64,000 bases of DNA, taken from positions 32,509 through 96,508 of the forward strand of contig JBAXXL010000004.1 in NCBI GenBank assembly GCA_037127915.1. Direction: 5' to 3'. The notes under the pieces were generated by a model, which had not been told where the DNA came from, did no database searches, and was given only the letters and a program-made list of their open reading frames with translations. A program made the position numbers and the translations under genes. The DNA comes from a bacterium (GTDB taxonomy: Bacteria; Bacteroidota; Ignavibacteria; Kapaibacteriales; UBA2268). Below, in pieces: positions 1 through 9,876 of the stretch (the stretch's first letter is position 1; every line of letters starts with the position of its first letter).

Positions 1-596
1 ATGTAATCATCAGAATATGAATCGAAATAATTGAAATAGCTAAGTTGTTCGGCAGGAGTTTCTAATTCAAGTATGTTTTTGTTAAGTGTTTTGGCTTTAG
101 AACTAAAATAATTATCTAAACCGTAAACAGAACGATATCCATTGTTTGCAAGTTCTATTTGCATTAATAACATAGCTGTGTACCAGGGTTTGATTTTATT
201 ATAGCTTTCCGGATAGATTTTATATTTTTCACACTGTTTAGAAATCATCTCATAAACTTCGGGACTTACGTGGCTCTGCAAACTTGAGGTATCGGAGTAG
301 CTGACAACTTTAAATATTTCTGAAAATATCACATTCTCTGTATTACATTCTAAAACTAAGTTATTACACTCGGCAAACCCTTTTTCGATTTTTGAATTTA
401 AAGGATAGGCATCTTTGTTCGCTATGTGGATGGAGCCGAGCATATAGATATTTGCTTTATTTGTCTTGAGCGTCCAAAAATACAAATTTTTAGCTTCTGC
501 CTTGGCACTTACTGCCTTGAAGGCGGCGATCACAATCAATATGCCGAATGAGATTTTTGCAATTCTCTTTAAATCTGATTTTGTAATCATTTTCAT
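1..596 (-). CDS. TraB/GumN family protein (partial, runs off the window start)
   Basis: Not in the ORF track; translated by hand. MKMITKSDLKRIAKISFGILIVIAAF...YFWTLKTNKANIYMLGSIHIA...AYPL...LVLE...KPW...GLD...ILELET matches TraB/GumN motifs. The ATG overlaps the coaD stop (ATGA). Confidence 0.8.
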   Translation of the reverse strand, partial: MKMITKSDLKRIAKISFGILIVIAAFKAVSAKAEAKNLYFWTLKTNKANIYMLGSIHIANKDAYPLNSKIEKGFAECNNLVLECNTENVIFSEIFKVVSYSDTSSLQSHVSPEVYEMISKQCEKYKIYPESYNKIKPWYTAMLLMQIELANNGYRSVYGLDNYFSSKAKTLNKNILELETPAEQLSYFNYFDSYSDDY

Positions 597-1069
597 ATTA
601 TTTTTCTTATAAATTCAGCGGCATAAACCGGTACAAATTCGTCAATATTTTGTTTTAATTTAATAAGTTCTCTAACAGAAGAAGATGAAATATAGGTATA
701 TTCATTTGCCGGAGCTAGAAAAATGGTGGTGATTTGTGGAGCTAATTTACGATTGAAAAATGCAAGTTGAAATTCATAGTCAACATCACTTACAGTCCGA
801 ATTCCTCGAACCATTGCACGGGCTCCAATTTCTTTTGCATAATCGGTTATTAGGCCATTATGGACATTTACCACTACATTATCAATGTGTTTCACGGAAT
901 TTATTGCCATATTTAAACGGTCTTTGACCGTGAACATTGATGATTTTTGTAAATTTTCGGCAATCACAATATGCAAACTATCAAAAAGCAATGAAGCTCT
1001 TTCGATAATGTCAACATGACCCAAAGTAATCGGGTCAAAACATCCTGGATATATTGCTAATTTATTCAT
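593..1069 (-). CDS. coaD: Phosphopantetheine adenylyltransferase
   Basis: AIYPGCFDPITLGHVDII, RGIR...DYE and ISSSSVRE motifs; 158 aa. Confidence 0.97.
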   Translation of the reverse strand: MNKLAIYPGCFDPITLGHVDIIERASLLFDSLHIVIAENLQKSSMFTVKDRLNMAINSVKHIDNVVVNVHNGLITDYAKEIGARAMVRGIRTVSDVDYEFQLAFFNRKLAPQITTIFLAPANEYTYISSSSVRELIKLKQNIDEFVPVYAAEFIRKII

Positions 1070-1136
1070 AAAAATTCCGTAATTTTACATTTATAAAATA
1101 TAAGTCGTTTATAAGAAAATAAAATTTTAAGAAGAA

Positions 1137-4034
1137 ATGAAAAAACTCATTGTATTTATTGTTATTACATTGGTAGCCGGATGTTTAAACGCAAATTCAA
1201 AAGGCAATACCGAAGCCGGAAAATTGATAATCAAGCTGAAAGAAACTTCAGAATATTATAAAATAATCAAAACGCAGAATGATTATCAGATTCACATCAA
1301 GGAATTGGATGGTTTGCTGGGAAAAACCAGTGTATCTCCATATCTAAATATCAAACTGATAGCGAAATCAGAAAAGAAAACGAATAACTTATTATCCGTA
1401 CCAAAAGCAAAAAAATATAATTTATCCGCTTTATTGTTAGTAAATTATTCATCTGCTATAAATCCCGAAATCGCCGCAAAGAAACTTCAATACCTCGATT
1501 TTATAGAATATATAGAACCTGTTTATAAATATGAATTTTGCTATCATCCCAATGATTCTATGCTTGGTCAGCAATATTATTTAGATAATGTTCGGGCATT
1601 TGATGCATGGGATGTTATAAAGGCATCAAACTTGCCGGATTCACAGAAAGTTGTTATTGGTATTATCGATACAGGCGTTGATTTCTATCATCCTGATTTG
1701 AGGGATAATCTTTATATTAATCCTGGTGAAGATGGATTGGACAAGGATAATAATAGTAAACGTGATAACGGTATCGATGATGATGGGAATGGTTATATCG
1801 ATGATTGGTGCGGTTGGGATTTTGTTTCCGCCGATGGTCCCGATGGCGATAATTTACCACTTCCCGGTAATGCTCACGGCACCCACGTAGCCGGAACTTG
1901 CGCCGCCGTTCAGAATAATGTTGGTGGTATTGCCGGAACAGCAATACATGCAAAATTCCTTCCTGTGAAAATTGGCAAGGACGATGTAAACAGCAGATCC
2001 ATAGAAAACGGTATGGATGGTATACTGTATGCGGCTGTAATGGGATGCGATGTGATAAATTGTTCTTGGGGTGGGACAGGATTTTCTAAAGCGGCTCAAG
2101 AAGTTATTTGGTCAGTAACAGATATGGGTTCTTTGATAATTGCCGCCGCAGGTAATGACGGTCAGGATTCAGAATTTTACCCGGCCGCTTACGATGGAGT
2201 GTATTCCGTTAGCGCGACTGATATGGGGGATACAGCAACTAGTTTTACTAATTATAATTTTACAGTTGATGTTGCCGCTCCAGGTTACCACATATTATCG
2301 ACAATACCATTCGATAATTATGACGCATGGAACGGTACTTCTATGGCATCTCCAATTGTTTCCGGTGTTGCGGCCATGATTAGGTTAATGAAACCGGAAC
2401 TTTCACCTATTGAGGCGGGTGAGGTTTTAAAAGTAAGCTCCGATAATATCGATTCACTAAATCCCTACTACTATTCAAAATTGGGTTTTGGGCGAGTTAA
2501 CGCGTATAACGCTCTTTCAAGGACAAAATTTCAATCTATAAACGTGAAAAATATACAAATCAAAGATGAAGATGGGAACGGTTCTTTTATGCCTAATGAA
2601 AGGATGGAAGTGTATTTTGATGTGCTAAATATCCTCGATTCTATCGGTAATCTAAAAGTCCGTGTTCGTAGCAATCCAAGTGATTTCCTACAAATTGATT
2701 TTGATCAACAAGTTATTACAGTTGGGGATTTGGCAAGCAAACAGTATAAACAGAAAATCGGACCAATTAGTTTCACACTACCTGAAAATACTCCTTATAA
2801 TTATCCTGTCGAAGTAGATTTAATGTTTTTCGACAGCAAAGAATATAAATATGAGACCGGTTTTAATTTAGTAGCAAATCAAACATATATGACTTTTGCG
2901 AAAAACGATTTATTAATGACAATAACAAGTTCAGGAAATGTCGGATACAACGATTATCCAAACAATGTTCAAGGTTTCGGTTGTATTTTCAACGATACAA
3001 AACTTCTTTTCGAAGGAGGCTTAATGGTGGGTCGGGGAATAGGAAGAATATCCGATGCTGTTCGCAACGATTTTGGCGAATCAGCCAATAGAGATTTTTA
3101 CATAAAAGATAGAATTCACATAATTGATTCCAATGACACAAAATTAGTTTCAAATTGCAGTTTTAATGATAATGAACTAGGTAAAATGGGTAATGATTTA
3201 GCTGATATAAGCATAGACCAAACAAATTTCCAATATAATTTATCCGATGTAGATAATGTAGTATTTGTTCAATTTGATATAGTGAATGATGGCCGATTTA
3301 CCGATTCCTTATTTTTAAGTTATTTCTTTGATTGGGATATTGGTATAAGAAGCGAGGATGACCGTTGTTTGTGGGATAAAACAAATCAATATGGTGTATT
3401 TGAAAGTATAGGTGAAAGTAAAGACCCGTTAGTTGGTGTCAAAATGCTCTCGAACCATAGAGTTAACTTCTTTCCTATGGATAATGAAAGTACCGATGAA
3501 AAGTTCCCCGGAATTTATGATGGTTTCACTCAAAAAGAAAAATGGTTGACAATGACGAACGGTATTTTACGCGACAGTTCAAAAGTGAACGATGCTTCTA
3601 TGATTATAGGTGCTGGTCCGATATCTTTACGCAATAACGATACAACAAGAGTTACTTTTGCAATTTTTGCAGCTGAAAGCAGAGCAAAATTGGACGAGAC
3701 ATCAACAAAATGTGCGGAATTTGCTAAAACAAATTTCATAAACGAACCAGGGTATGAAGCCTATGTAAGAATTGACGCTGTTAAGAATATCTTTCCAAAT
3801 CCGTCCTATACGAATGATATGAAGGTATATTTTGCTTTAAAGCAAGAAAGTGATGTGAACTTTAAGCTATATGATTTTGTCGGCAAAGAAGTGTATTCTA
3901 AATCAATCGAAGGATTAGGGCAGGGGAGACATTATGTTACATTAACACCGGAAAATATAGCTCCCGGTGCTTATGTCTTAGTTATAGAAAGTAAAGATTT
4001 AAGAATAAGCAAGAAGGTAATTTTTGTAAAATAA
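1137..4034 (+). CDS. Secreted S8 subtilase with T9SS C-terminal domain
   Basis: Signal peptide; catalytic triad IIDTGV / HGTHVAG / GTSMASP; C-terminal IFPNP...PGAYVL...KKVIFVK. Confidence 0.93.
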   Translation: MKKLIVFIVITLVAGCLNANSKGNTEAGKLIIKLKETSEYYKIIKTQNDYQIHIKELDGLLGKTSVSPYLNIKLIAKSEKKTNNLLSVPKAKKYNLSALLLVNYSSAINPEIAAKKLQYLDFIEYIEPVYKYEFCYHPNDSMLGQQYYLDNVRAFDAWDVIKASNLPDSQKVVIGIIDTGVDFYHPDLRDNLYINPGEDGLDKDNNSKRDNGIDDDGNGYIDDWCGWDFVSADGPDGDNLPLPGNAHGTHVAGTCAAVQNNVGGIAGTAIHAKFLPVKIGKDDVNSRSIENGMDGILYAAVMGCDVINCSWGGTGFSKAAQEVIWSVTDMGSLIIAAAGNDGQDSEFYPAAYDGVYSVSATDMGDTATSFTNYNFTVDVAAPGYHILSTIPFDNYDAWNGTSMASPIVSGVAAMIRLMKPELSPIEAGEVLKVSSDNIDSLNPYYYSKLGFGRVNAYNALSRTKFQSINVKNIQIKDEDGNGSFMPNERMEVYFDVLNILDSIGNLKVRVRSNPSDFLQIDFDQQVITVGDLASKQYKQKIGPISFTLPENTPYNYPVEVDLMFFDSKEYKYETGFNLVANQTYMTFAKNDLLMTITSSGNVGYNDYPNNVQGFGCIFNDTKLLFEGGLMVGRGIGRISDAVRNDFGESANRDFYIKDRIHIIDSNDTKLVSNCSFNDNELGKMGNDLADISIDQTNFQYNLSDVDNVVFVQFDIVNDGRFTDSLFLSYFFDWDIGIRSEDDRCLWDKTNQYGVFESIGESKDPLVGVKMLSNHRVNFFPMDNESTDEKFPGIYDGFTQKEKWLTMTNGILRDSSKVNDASMIIGAGPISLRNNDTTRVTFAIFAAESRAKLDETSTKCAEFAKTNFINEPGYEAYVRIDAVKNIFPNPSYTNDMKVYFALKQESDVNFKLYDFVGKEVYSKSIEGLGQGRHYVTLTPENIAPGAYVLVIESKDLRISKKVIFVK

Positions 4035-4137
4035 TTAGCAAGAATTTACGAAGGTTGTAATTGAATATTATTTTGAAAATATTTATTCTGCGTAATCGTA
4101 ATAGATTTGATATGATCACCAACCGAGATACTTGAAA

Positions 4138-4311
4138 ATGAATAAAGAATTTGATTCCGTAGAGATGCAAAGAAAGATCAGGGATGAATTTATTGAGGAA
4201 GCCGACAATGATTTCGATAAATTATTAAGTTTATTGAAAAAGAAAATCTCTGAAAGCGATATTAATAAGAAACTAATAGAAAGAAAAGAAAAGCAGTTAA
4301 CGACAGTATAA
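4138..4311 (+). CDS. Small 57-aa hypothetical protein, resembling partners found after PIN-domain genes
   Basis: MNKEFDSVEMQRKIRDEFIEEADNDFDKLLSLLKKK...; below the ORF-track cutoff; overlaps a decayed ...I*SPTEILENE* tail. Confidence 0.55.
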   Translation: MNKEFDSVEMQRKIRDEFIEEADNDFDKLLSLLKKKISESDINKKLIERKEKQLTTV

Positions 4312-4350
4312 TTATACGAGTTTTATTTGAAAAACGAGTACGAATCTTTA

Positions 4351-4431
4351 TTCGTGTCACAACCTGTGACTCAAATAGAACCATCTGAAATTAATGAACA
4401 TCTAATTGTGTCACAACCTGTGACATAAATT
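4351..4431 (+). pseudogene. Fragment of a DUF1016/YhcG-type linker
   Basis: Reads FVSQPVTQIEPSEINEHLIVSQPVT*I; contains two GTGTCACAACCTGTGAC units. Confidence 0.45.
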
Positions 4432-4467
4432 GAAAATATCAATAAAGCTATTACACTAGCAAAAAAA

Positions 4468-4630
4468 AAACTCGTTTCCAGCCGGAGCTTAGAAACGAGT
4501 ATAAAGATGGATTCTTCACTTTGTTCAGAATAACTAATTGTTTATTTATCTGGGAGATTCCGTGTCAAGCACGGAATGACGGCAAATGCCCTACACTCCC
4601 ATCCCCAAAACCCAATCCCCAAAACCCTTC
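4468..4630. repeat. Cluster of REP-like palindromes and short CCCCAA(A/T) repeats
   Basis: CTCGTTTCCAGCCGGAGCTTAGAAACGAG; GATTCTTCACTTTGTTCAGAAT; ATTCCGTGTCAAGCACGGAAT; CCCCAAAACCCAATCCCCAAAACCC. Confidence 0.65.
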
Positions 4631-5248
4631 TTAAGAAATTGGCAAAATAATAAATATAACCACATCCCAAACAGCATGCGAAATTATGCAAGGCCAAATT
4701 GATTTGTATTTTTTATACATCCAACCCCAAAACAAACCGCAAATAAGCGCGGCCATAATTAACATGAAATTGAATGACCAAATATGTACTAATGCGTAAA
4801 TAGCGGCAGTAATCAAGTATCCGCGTAAATCACCATATTCGAGCGATAAATTATGTTGAGCGAAACCACGCCAGAAAATTTCTTCAGCTGGGCCAATCAA
4901 AAGCAATAATGCCAACCCGATGAAAATTTGTCCTGATTGCGATTTTGTAGAATAAATATTGTCGATTTGCTTGCCAGCAAAATCAAAGAGTAATTTCGAA
5001 AAATAATCGCCTGCTAAAAATAGGACATATAGAATGGTAGCGGCAAAAAATCCAACAAGTACCCATTTCCATCTGAAGTTATAGACCGTTTTGAGTTGGT
5101 CTTTAGCAACAATTAAACTATAAGTAATTAACGTGATTGTTGCTACGACCATAGTGTACCAGAAGTTAAAAAAATCTTTTGTCCAAGGTGAAAACATTAA
5201 AAACCAAAATATCGCGGCTAATATAAAGCCTGGTAGTGCTTTTTTCAT
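4631..5248 (-). CDS. CPBP/Abi (CAAX protease-like) intramembrane metalloprotease
   Basis: GPAEEIFWRG, YALVH and HAVWD motifs; hydrophobic. Confidence 0.9.
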   Translation of the reverse strand: MKKALPGFILAAIFWFLMFSPWTKDFFNFWYTMVVATITLITYSLIVAKDQLKTVYNFRWKWVLVGFFAATILYVLFLAGDYFSKLLFDFAGKQIDNIYSTKSQSGQIFIGLALLLLIGPAEEIFWRGFAQHNLSLEYGDLRGYLITAAIYALVHIWSFNFMLIMAALICGLFWGWMYKKYKSIWPCIISHAVWDVVIFIILPIS

Positions 5249-6159
5249 TATTTTATAAACTCCATAATCAATATACTAATCGAGAATAGTAGGCCGAAAA
5301 GCATGTGGTGCTGTGCTGTCATAACATCCAACATTTCAATTTTTGCTGGTGTTTTGACTTCGGCTGTTGCCATTGACTTTACATTTTTTAAAGCCGGCAT
5401 TATGCTAAGGAATACAATCAGTGACCAAGGGCTAACTAAACCCAATATAATAAATATCACAACAGATAAAAACGAACCGAATATTAAAAAGTAATATTCA
5501 TTTTGCGCGCCTTTTAATCCAAGAGTGCTTGCTAATGTCTTGATTCCTGCTTCGGTATCGTGCATGATATCTCTAGTATTATTAGCATGTAAAATAGCGG
5601 TTACTAAAAATCCTACAGGTATTGATAATATCAAACTCGTTACTAATAAATCATAATTACCTATCAAAGCATAAGTAGTGCCGAATACCATTAGAGGTCC
5701 GAAAGTAAGATAAATAAGGAAATCACCCATTGCTCTGTATTTGAATACAGTATAGAATAAAGAAGCAAAAATTCCAATTAAACCAATTACCAGCATAGGT
5801 ATTCCTCTGAAATACACTAGTATCATTCCTATAGCAAATAATAAAACTATCACCCCTATACCGGCTCTGAAAACCTGTTTTGGCTGTAGTAAACCTTCAA
5901 TTAAAACTCGGCTCGAACCAAAGGTTTCTACTCTGTCCACCTTATGAATAAAATCATAGTACTCAGAAAGTAAGTTTCCAGCTACTTGAAACAAAGGGCT
6001 TCCAAGTCCTATTACAATCATAAGCGGCCAATTTACAATGGCGTCATAAAAAACTAAAGTTATCATTGCTCCCAATAAAACGGGAATTACCGAAGCTGTA
6101 TAAGAAAATGGTCTAAGTGCTTGCATCCAAATACTAAATTTTGTACGATTAGTGTCCAT
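5248..6159 (-). CDS. menA: 1,4-dihydroxy-2-naphthoate polyprenyltransferase (UbiA family)
   Basis: LRPFSYTAS, EYYDFIHKVD and ANNTRDIMHDTEAGIKTLA; divergent from menG. Start moved to MDTNR because a TAATTTTG motif lies at 6196-6203. Confidence 0.85.
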   Translation of the reverse strand: MDTNRTKFSIWMQALRPFSYTASVIPVLLGAMITLVFYDAIVNWPLMIVIGLGSPLFQVAGNLLSEYYDFIHKVDRVETFGSSRVLIEGLLQPKQVFRAGIGVIVLLFAIGMILVYFRGIPMLVIGLIGIFASLFYTVFKYRAMGDFLIYLTFGPLMVFGTTYALIGNYDLLVTSLILSIPVGFLVTAILHANNTRDIMHDTEAGIKTLASTLGLKGAQNEYYFLIFGSFLSVVIFIILGLVSPWSLIVFLSIMPALKNVKSMATAEVKTPAKIEMLDVMTAQHHMLFGLLFSISILIMEFIK

Positions 6160-6301
6160 ATTACTTTCCAATTGAATTTTTGATTTATAAAACATCAAAA
6201 TTATAAAATAAATCTCGAATTAACTAATTAATATTCATTCATACTTCCTACATTGAATTATAAATCTTATTTTTGTGTTTTTATAATTAGAATATATCAA
6301 A

Positions 6302-6991
6302 ATGAGCCGTCAAATAGATAATATGTTTAGCCAAATTGCTAAAAAATATGACATTATGAACGATATACTATCGTTCGGAATCCATAAAATCTGGAAGGAT
6401 AAAACCGTTAAATTATCAGAAGTTAAGCTAAATGATAAAGTTTTGGATTGCGCGAGCGGTACCGGCGATTTAGCAATCAAATTCAAGCAAAAAGTGGGTA
6501 CTTCCGGCAAAGTTATAGCCAGCGATTACAACAACGATATGCTCAACATCGCAAAAGAAAAATTTAAAAAATGGGAATATGACATCGATGTTCTGCAAGC
6601 CGATGCCCAAAATCTGCCTTTTGAGGATGATTCTTTTGATGTGTGTTCTATTGGTTTCGGTATAAGAAATGTTGATTCACCCGAAATTTGTATCAAAGAA
6701 ATGGCGCGTGTTGTCAAATCCGGTGGAAAAGTAGTCATTCTTGAGTTCGGTCAACCGAAAGGATTTTTCAAATATTTATATGCTATTTACAACAAAACTA
6801 TATTGCCTTTAATGGCAAAAATTATCGCAAACAATGGATTTGCTTATGATTACCTAACCGATACGGCTTCAAAATTCCCTTGTCGTGAAGAATTTCTCGA
6901 TATTATGCGCAAATCAGAAATTTTAAAAGAGGTAGAATTTACAACGTTGACGTTCGGAATTGCATATATATACGTAGGCACAGTTAGATAG
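6302..6991 (+). CDS. menG: Demethylmenaquinone methyltransferase (UbiE/MenG)
   Basis: MFSQIAKKYDIMNDILSFGIH, VLDCASGTGD, IGFGIRNV, RVVKSGG. Confidence 0.93.
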   Translation: MSRQIDNMFSQIAKKYDIMNDILSFGIHKIWKDKTVKLSEVKLNDKVLDCASGTGDLAIKFKQKVGTSGKVIASDYNNDMLNIAKEKFKKWEYDIDVLQADAQNLPFEDDSFDVCSIGFGIRNVDSPEICIKEMARVVKSGGKVVILEFGQPKGFFKYLYAIYNKTILPLMAKIIANNGFAYDYLTDTASKFPCREEFLDIMRKSEILKEVEFTTLTFGIAYIYVGTVR

Positions 6992-7110
6992 GAAAATGAA
7001 TATTTTTTCATTATTTATAATTTTGCAGAATAACAATAATTCACAATATTTTATTGTATCCAAATGCTAAAATGTGGAAAAAAATTATTGTATAAATAAA
7101 AAAATAGTCC

Positions 7111-7118
7111 TATTTTTG
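7111..7118 (+). promoter_or_regulatory. Putative Bacteroidota-type -7 promoter element (TAnnTTTG) for the nuo operon
   Basis: TATTTTTG about 36 nt upstream of the nuoA ATG; the same motif precedes many operons in this window. Confidence 0.5.
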
Positions 7119-7154
7119 AATTGTGAAAAATTTAAAAATTAAAAAGTTTTGATT

Positions 7155-7568
7155 ATGCTTACAAATTTCGGAATTATTCTTATATTTTTTATCATCGGTT
7201 TTGGGTTTGTTGGTGTTGGATTAATTGCCGCGGGCTTAATTCGTCCCAGCCATCCAAATGAGATAAAAAATTCTACTTATGAATGTGGTGAAGTCCCATT
7301 CGGAGGCTCTTGGTTTCGATTCAATATTCGCTTCTACGTAGTAGCTTTAGTATTTTTACTATTCGATGTTGAAGTCGTGTTTTTGCTTCCTTGGGCAGTA
7401 GTTTTTAAACAATTCGGCTGGTTCGGATATCTTGAGATGCTGGTTTTCGTAGTCATATTGGCAACCGGTTTAGCGTATGTCTGGGCGAAAGGCGATTTGG
7501 ATTGGGATAAACCTATTCCGGTTATTCCAAGATTAAAAGATTTAGTTATAAATAAAAAAATTGATTAG
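7155..7568 (+). CDS. nuoA: NADH-quinone oxidoreductase subunit A
   Basis: YECGE, FYVVALVFLLFDVE, W.KGDLDW. Confidence 0.96.
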   Translation: MLTNFGIILIFFIIGFGFVGVGLIAAGLIRPSHPNEIKNSTYECGEVPFGGSWFRFNIRFYVVALVFLLFDVEVVFLLPWAVVFKQFGWFGYLEMLVFVVILATGLAYVWAKGDLDWDKPIPVIPRLKDLVINKKID

Positions 7569-7588
7569 AATAAAAATTTAGGATAAAA

Positions 7589-8164
7589 ATGGGAATTTTA
7601 AATAGATTAAATGACCCTACCGAAGGTGGTGGAATTGTACTCGCCACCGTCGAGGACATTTTAAATTGGGGTCGCAGTAAATCCGATTGGTACCTCCAAT
7701 TTGGTTTAGCTTGCTGTGCTATTGAATTCATGGCGGTAAATGCCGCTCATTATGATTTAATGCGCTATGGCATTATTTTTCGCTCATCACCTCGACAAGC
7801 TGATTTTTTATTTGTTACCGGAACAGTAACTTTGAAAATGGCTGAAAGAGTAAAGAGATTATACGAACAATTAGCAGAACCAAGATATGTTATTGCCGTA
7901 GGTTCTTGTGCCGCTAGCGGTGGTCCTTATTGGGAACACGGTTATCATGTACTGAAAGGTCTTGATCAAATCATTCCGGTTGATGTTTATATTCCAGGAT
8001 GTCCACCACGCCCTGAAGCATTCCAAGAAGGTATGATGAAGTTACAGGCAATGATTAATCAGGAAGCAATTTTCAACAAACGGAAAAGAATTGCCGAAGA
8101 AGACGCCAAATTCCAAAACAGTAATTTTACTGACTCACCAAGTGATATCCAAATTAAGATGTGA
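7589..8164 (+). CDS. nuoB: NADH-quinone oxidoreductase subunit B
   Basis: [26 protein letters not shown]. Confidence 0.97.
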   Translation: MGILNRLNDPTEGGGIVLATVEDILNWGRSKSDWYLQFGLACCAIEFMAVNAAHYDLMRYGIIFRSSPRQADFLFVTGTVTLKMAERVKRLYEQLAEPRYVIAVGSCAASGGPYWEHGYHVLKGLDQIIPVDVYIPGCPPRPEAFQEGMMKLQAMINQEAIFNKRKRIAEEDAKFQNSNFTDSPSDIQIKM

Positions 8165-8170
8165 GGCATT

Positions 8171-8644
8171 ATGCAAGCTAAAGAAATTTACGAAGTTTTA
8201 AAAACAGAATTTGGGGACAGTATCATAAGTTTTAATGATACAGCGGCTGGAGATCCATTTATTGAAATTCAAAGTGATAAAATATTAGAAATTGGTCTTT
8301 TTCTAAGAGACAACGAAAGTTTACTTTTCGATTTTCTAAATTCAATCACAGCTATGGATTTAGTAGATAAATTAGCGGCTGTTTACCATATTTATTCTGT
8401 ATCCTTAAACCATCGAATTGTTATCAAATTATTTGTTCCTAAAGATAACCCTAAAGTTCCGACTGTTGAAAGATGTTGGAGAACAGCAGATTGGCATGAG
8501 CGCGAAGCTTGGGATTTAATAGGAATTGAATTTGTGGGACACCACAATCTTATAAGAATTTTGTGCCCTTACGATTGGGAAGGTCATCCTTTGAGAAAAG
8601 ACTATACAGCACCAGAGTTTTATCATGGTATTAAAGTCAATTAA
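8171..8644 (+). CDS. nuoC: NADH-quinone oxidoreductase subunit C
   Basis: WHEREAWDLIGIEF.GH, GHPLRKDY. Confidence 0.96.
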   Translation: MQAKEIYEVLKTEFGDSIISFNDTAAGDPFIEIQSDKILEIGLFLRDNESLLFDFLNSITAMDLVDKLAAVYHIYSVSLNHRIVIKLFVPKDNPKVPTVERCWRTADWHEREAWDLIGIEFVGHHNLIRILCPYDWEGHPLRKDYTAPEFYHGIKVN

Positions 8645-8696
8645 TTAAGATATTTATATGATTATTAAATTAGAAATAATGAAAAAGGTATAAACA

Positions 8697-9848
8697 GTGG
8701 GCGATAGAAAAATAGTAGATTTAGAATACAGCCCGTTCGAAAGTGATAAATTTCGGGTTAATATAGGACCTCAACATCCGTCAACTCATGGTGTATTACG
8801 TTTAGAAGCAGAATTAGACGGTGAAATAATAACAGAAGTTATTCCTCACATCGGTAATTTACACCGCTGTATGGAAAAGCATTGTGAGTTTAAGACATAT
8901 CCTCAAATCATACCTTTTGTTGATAGATTGGATTACTGTAGTGCTATAAACAATGAATTACCTTATGTAATGGGTGTAGAAAAACTTTTAGGAATTGAAT
9001 TATCCGACAAAGTCGAATATATCCGTGTTATTTTAAGTGAATTTAATAGAATAGCCAATCACCAAATAGCCGTGGCGGCTTTTGGTTTGGATACAGGTGC
9101 ATTTACACCTTTTTTATATTTATTCCGTGACAGAGAATTTATTGTAAAGATATTAGAGCATTGCTCCGGTGCAAGATTGCTCTATAATTATTTTTGGATT
9201 GGCGGTTTAGCACGCGATATTTACCCAACTTTCAAAGAAGACTGTCTTGATGCAATCAAGAGAATTAGAGTTACAAATGCGGAAATTATGGACCTTCTTA
9301 TTAATAATAAGATTTTCATAGTTAGAACAATAAATACAGGTATCCTTCCGGGTGATGTGGCTATTAGTTACGGTTGTACCGGTCCTGTATTAAGAGGTTC
9401 AGGTGTTCCGTTCGATTTACGTAAAGCTCAACCATATTCCATTTATGATAGATTTGATTTTAAAGTTTGCGTTGGTACCGGCGAATTAGGTACTATCGGC
9501 GATTCTTGGAATAGAAATATCGTTAGGATGAATGAAATGGAAGAGAGTTGTAAAATAATCGAACAAGCTATAGCTCAAATGCCGATGGAAGGCGATGTAA
9601 GAGAAAAGGTTCCTAAAAGAGTGAAACCTCCTAAGGGTGAAATTTATTCTTGTGCTGAAAACCCTAAAGGTGAATTGGGCTTCTATATCGTTAGCGATGG
9701 CACCGATAAACCATCTCGTTTAAAAGTACGTAGTACAGGCTTCTCGAATTTAAGTGTATTACCCGATATTTCCAAAGGCTATATGATTGCTGACTTAATT
9801 GTAACATTAGGCAGTTTGGATATAGTTTTGGGTGATGTTGATAGATAA
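8697..9848 (+). CDS. nuoD: NADH-quinone oxidoreductase subunit D
   Basis: NIGPQHPSTHGVLRL, DRLDY, C-terminal DIVLGDVDR; GTG start. Confidence 0.97.
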   Translation: MGDRKIVDLEYSPFESDKFRVNIGPQHPSTHGVLRLEAELDGEIITEVIPHIGNLHRCMEKHCEFKTYPQIIPFVDRLDYCSAINNELPYVMGVEKLLGIELSDKVEYIRVILSEFNRIANHQIAVAAFGLDTGAFTPFLYLFRDREFIVKILEHCSGARLLYNYFWIGGLARDIYPTFKEDCLDAIKRIRVTNAEIMDLLINNKIFIVRTINTGILPGDVAISYGCTGPVLRGSGVPFDLRKAQPYSIYDRFDFKVCVGTGELGTIGDSWNRNIVRMNEMEESCKIIEQAIAQMPMEGDVREKVPKRVKPPKGEIYSCAENPKGELGFYIVSDGTDKPSRLKVRSTGFSNLSVLPDISKGYMIADLIVTLGSLDIVLGDVDR

Positions 9849-9876
9849 TAATGTTTAATTAATTACAAAACTGAAA

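Noticed and set aside
7073-7081. DnaA-box-like TGTGGAAAA upstream of nuoA (also ATATCCACA near 49421)
   Set aside because: Isolated matches expected by chance in AT-rich DNA.
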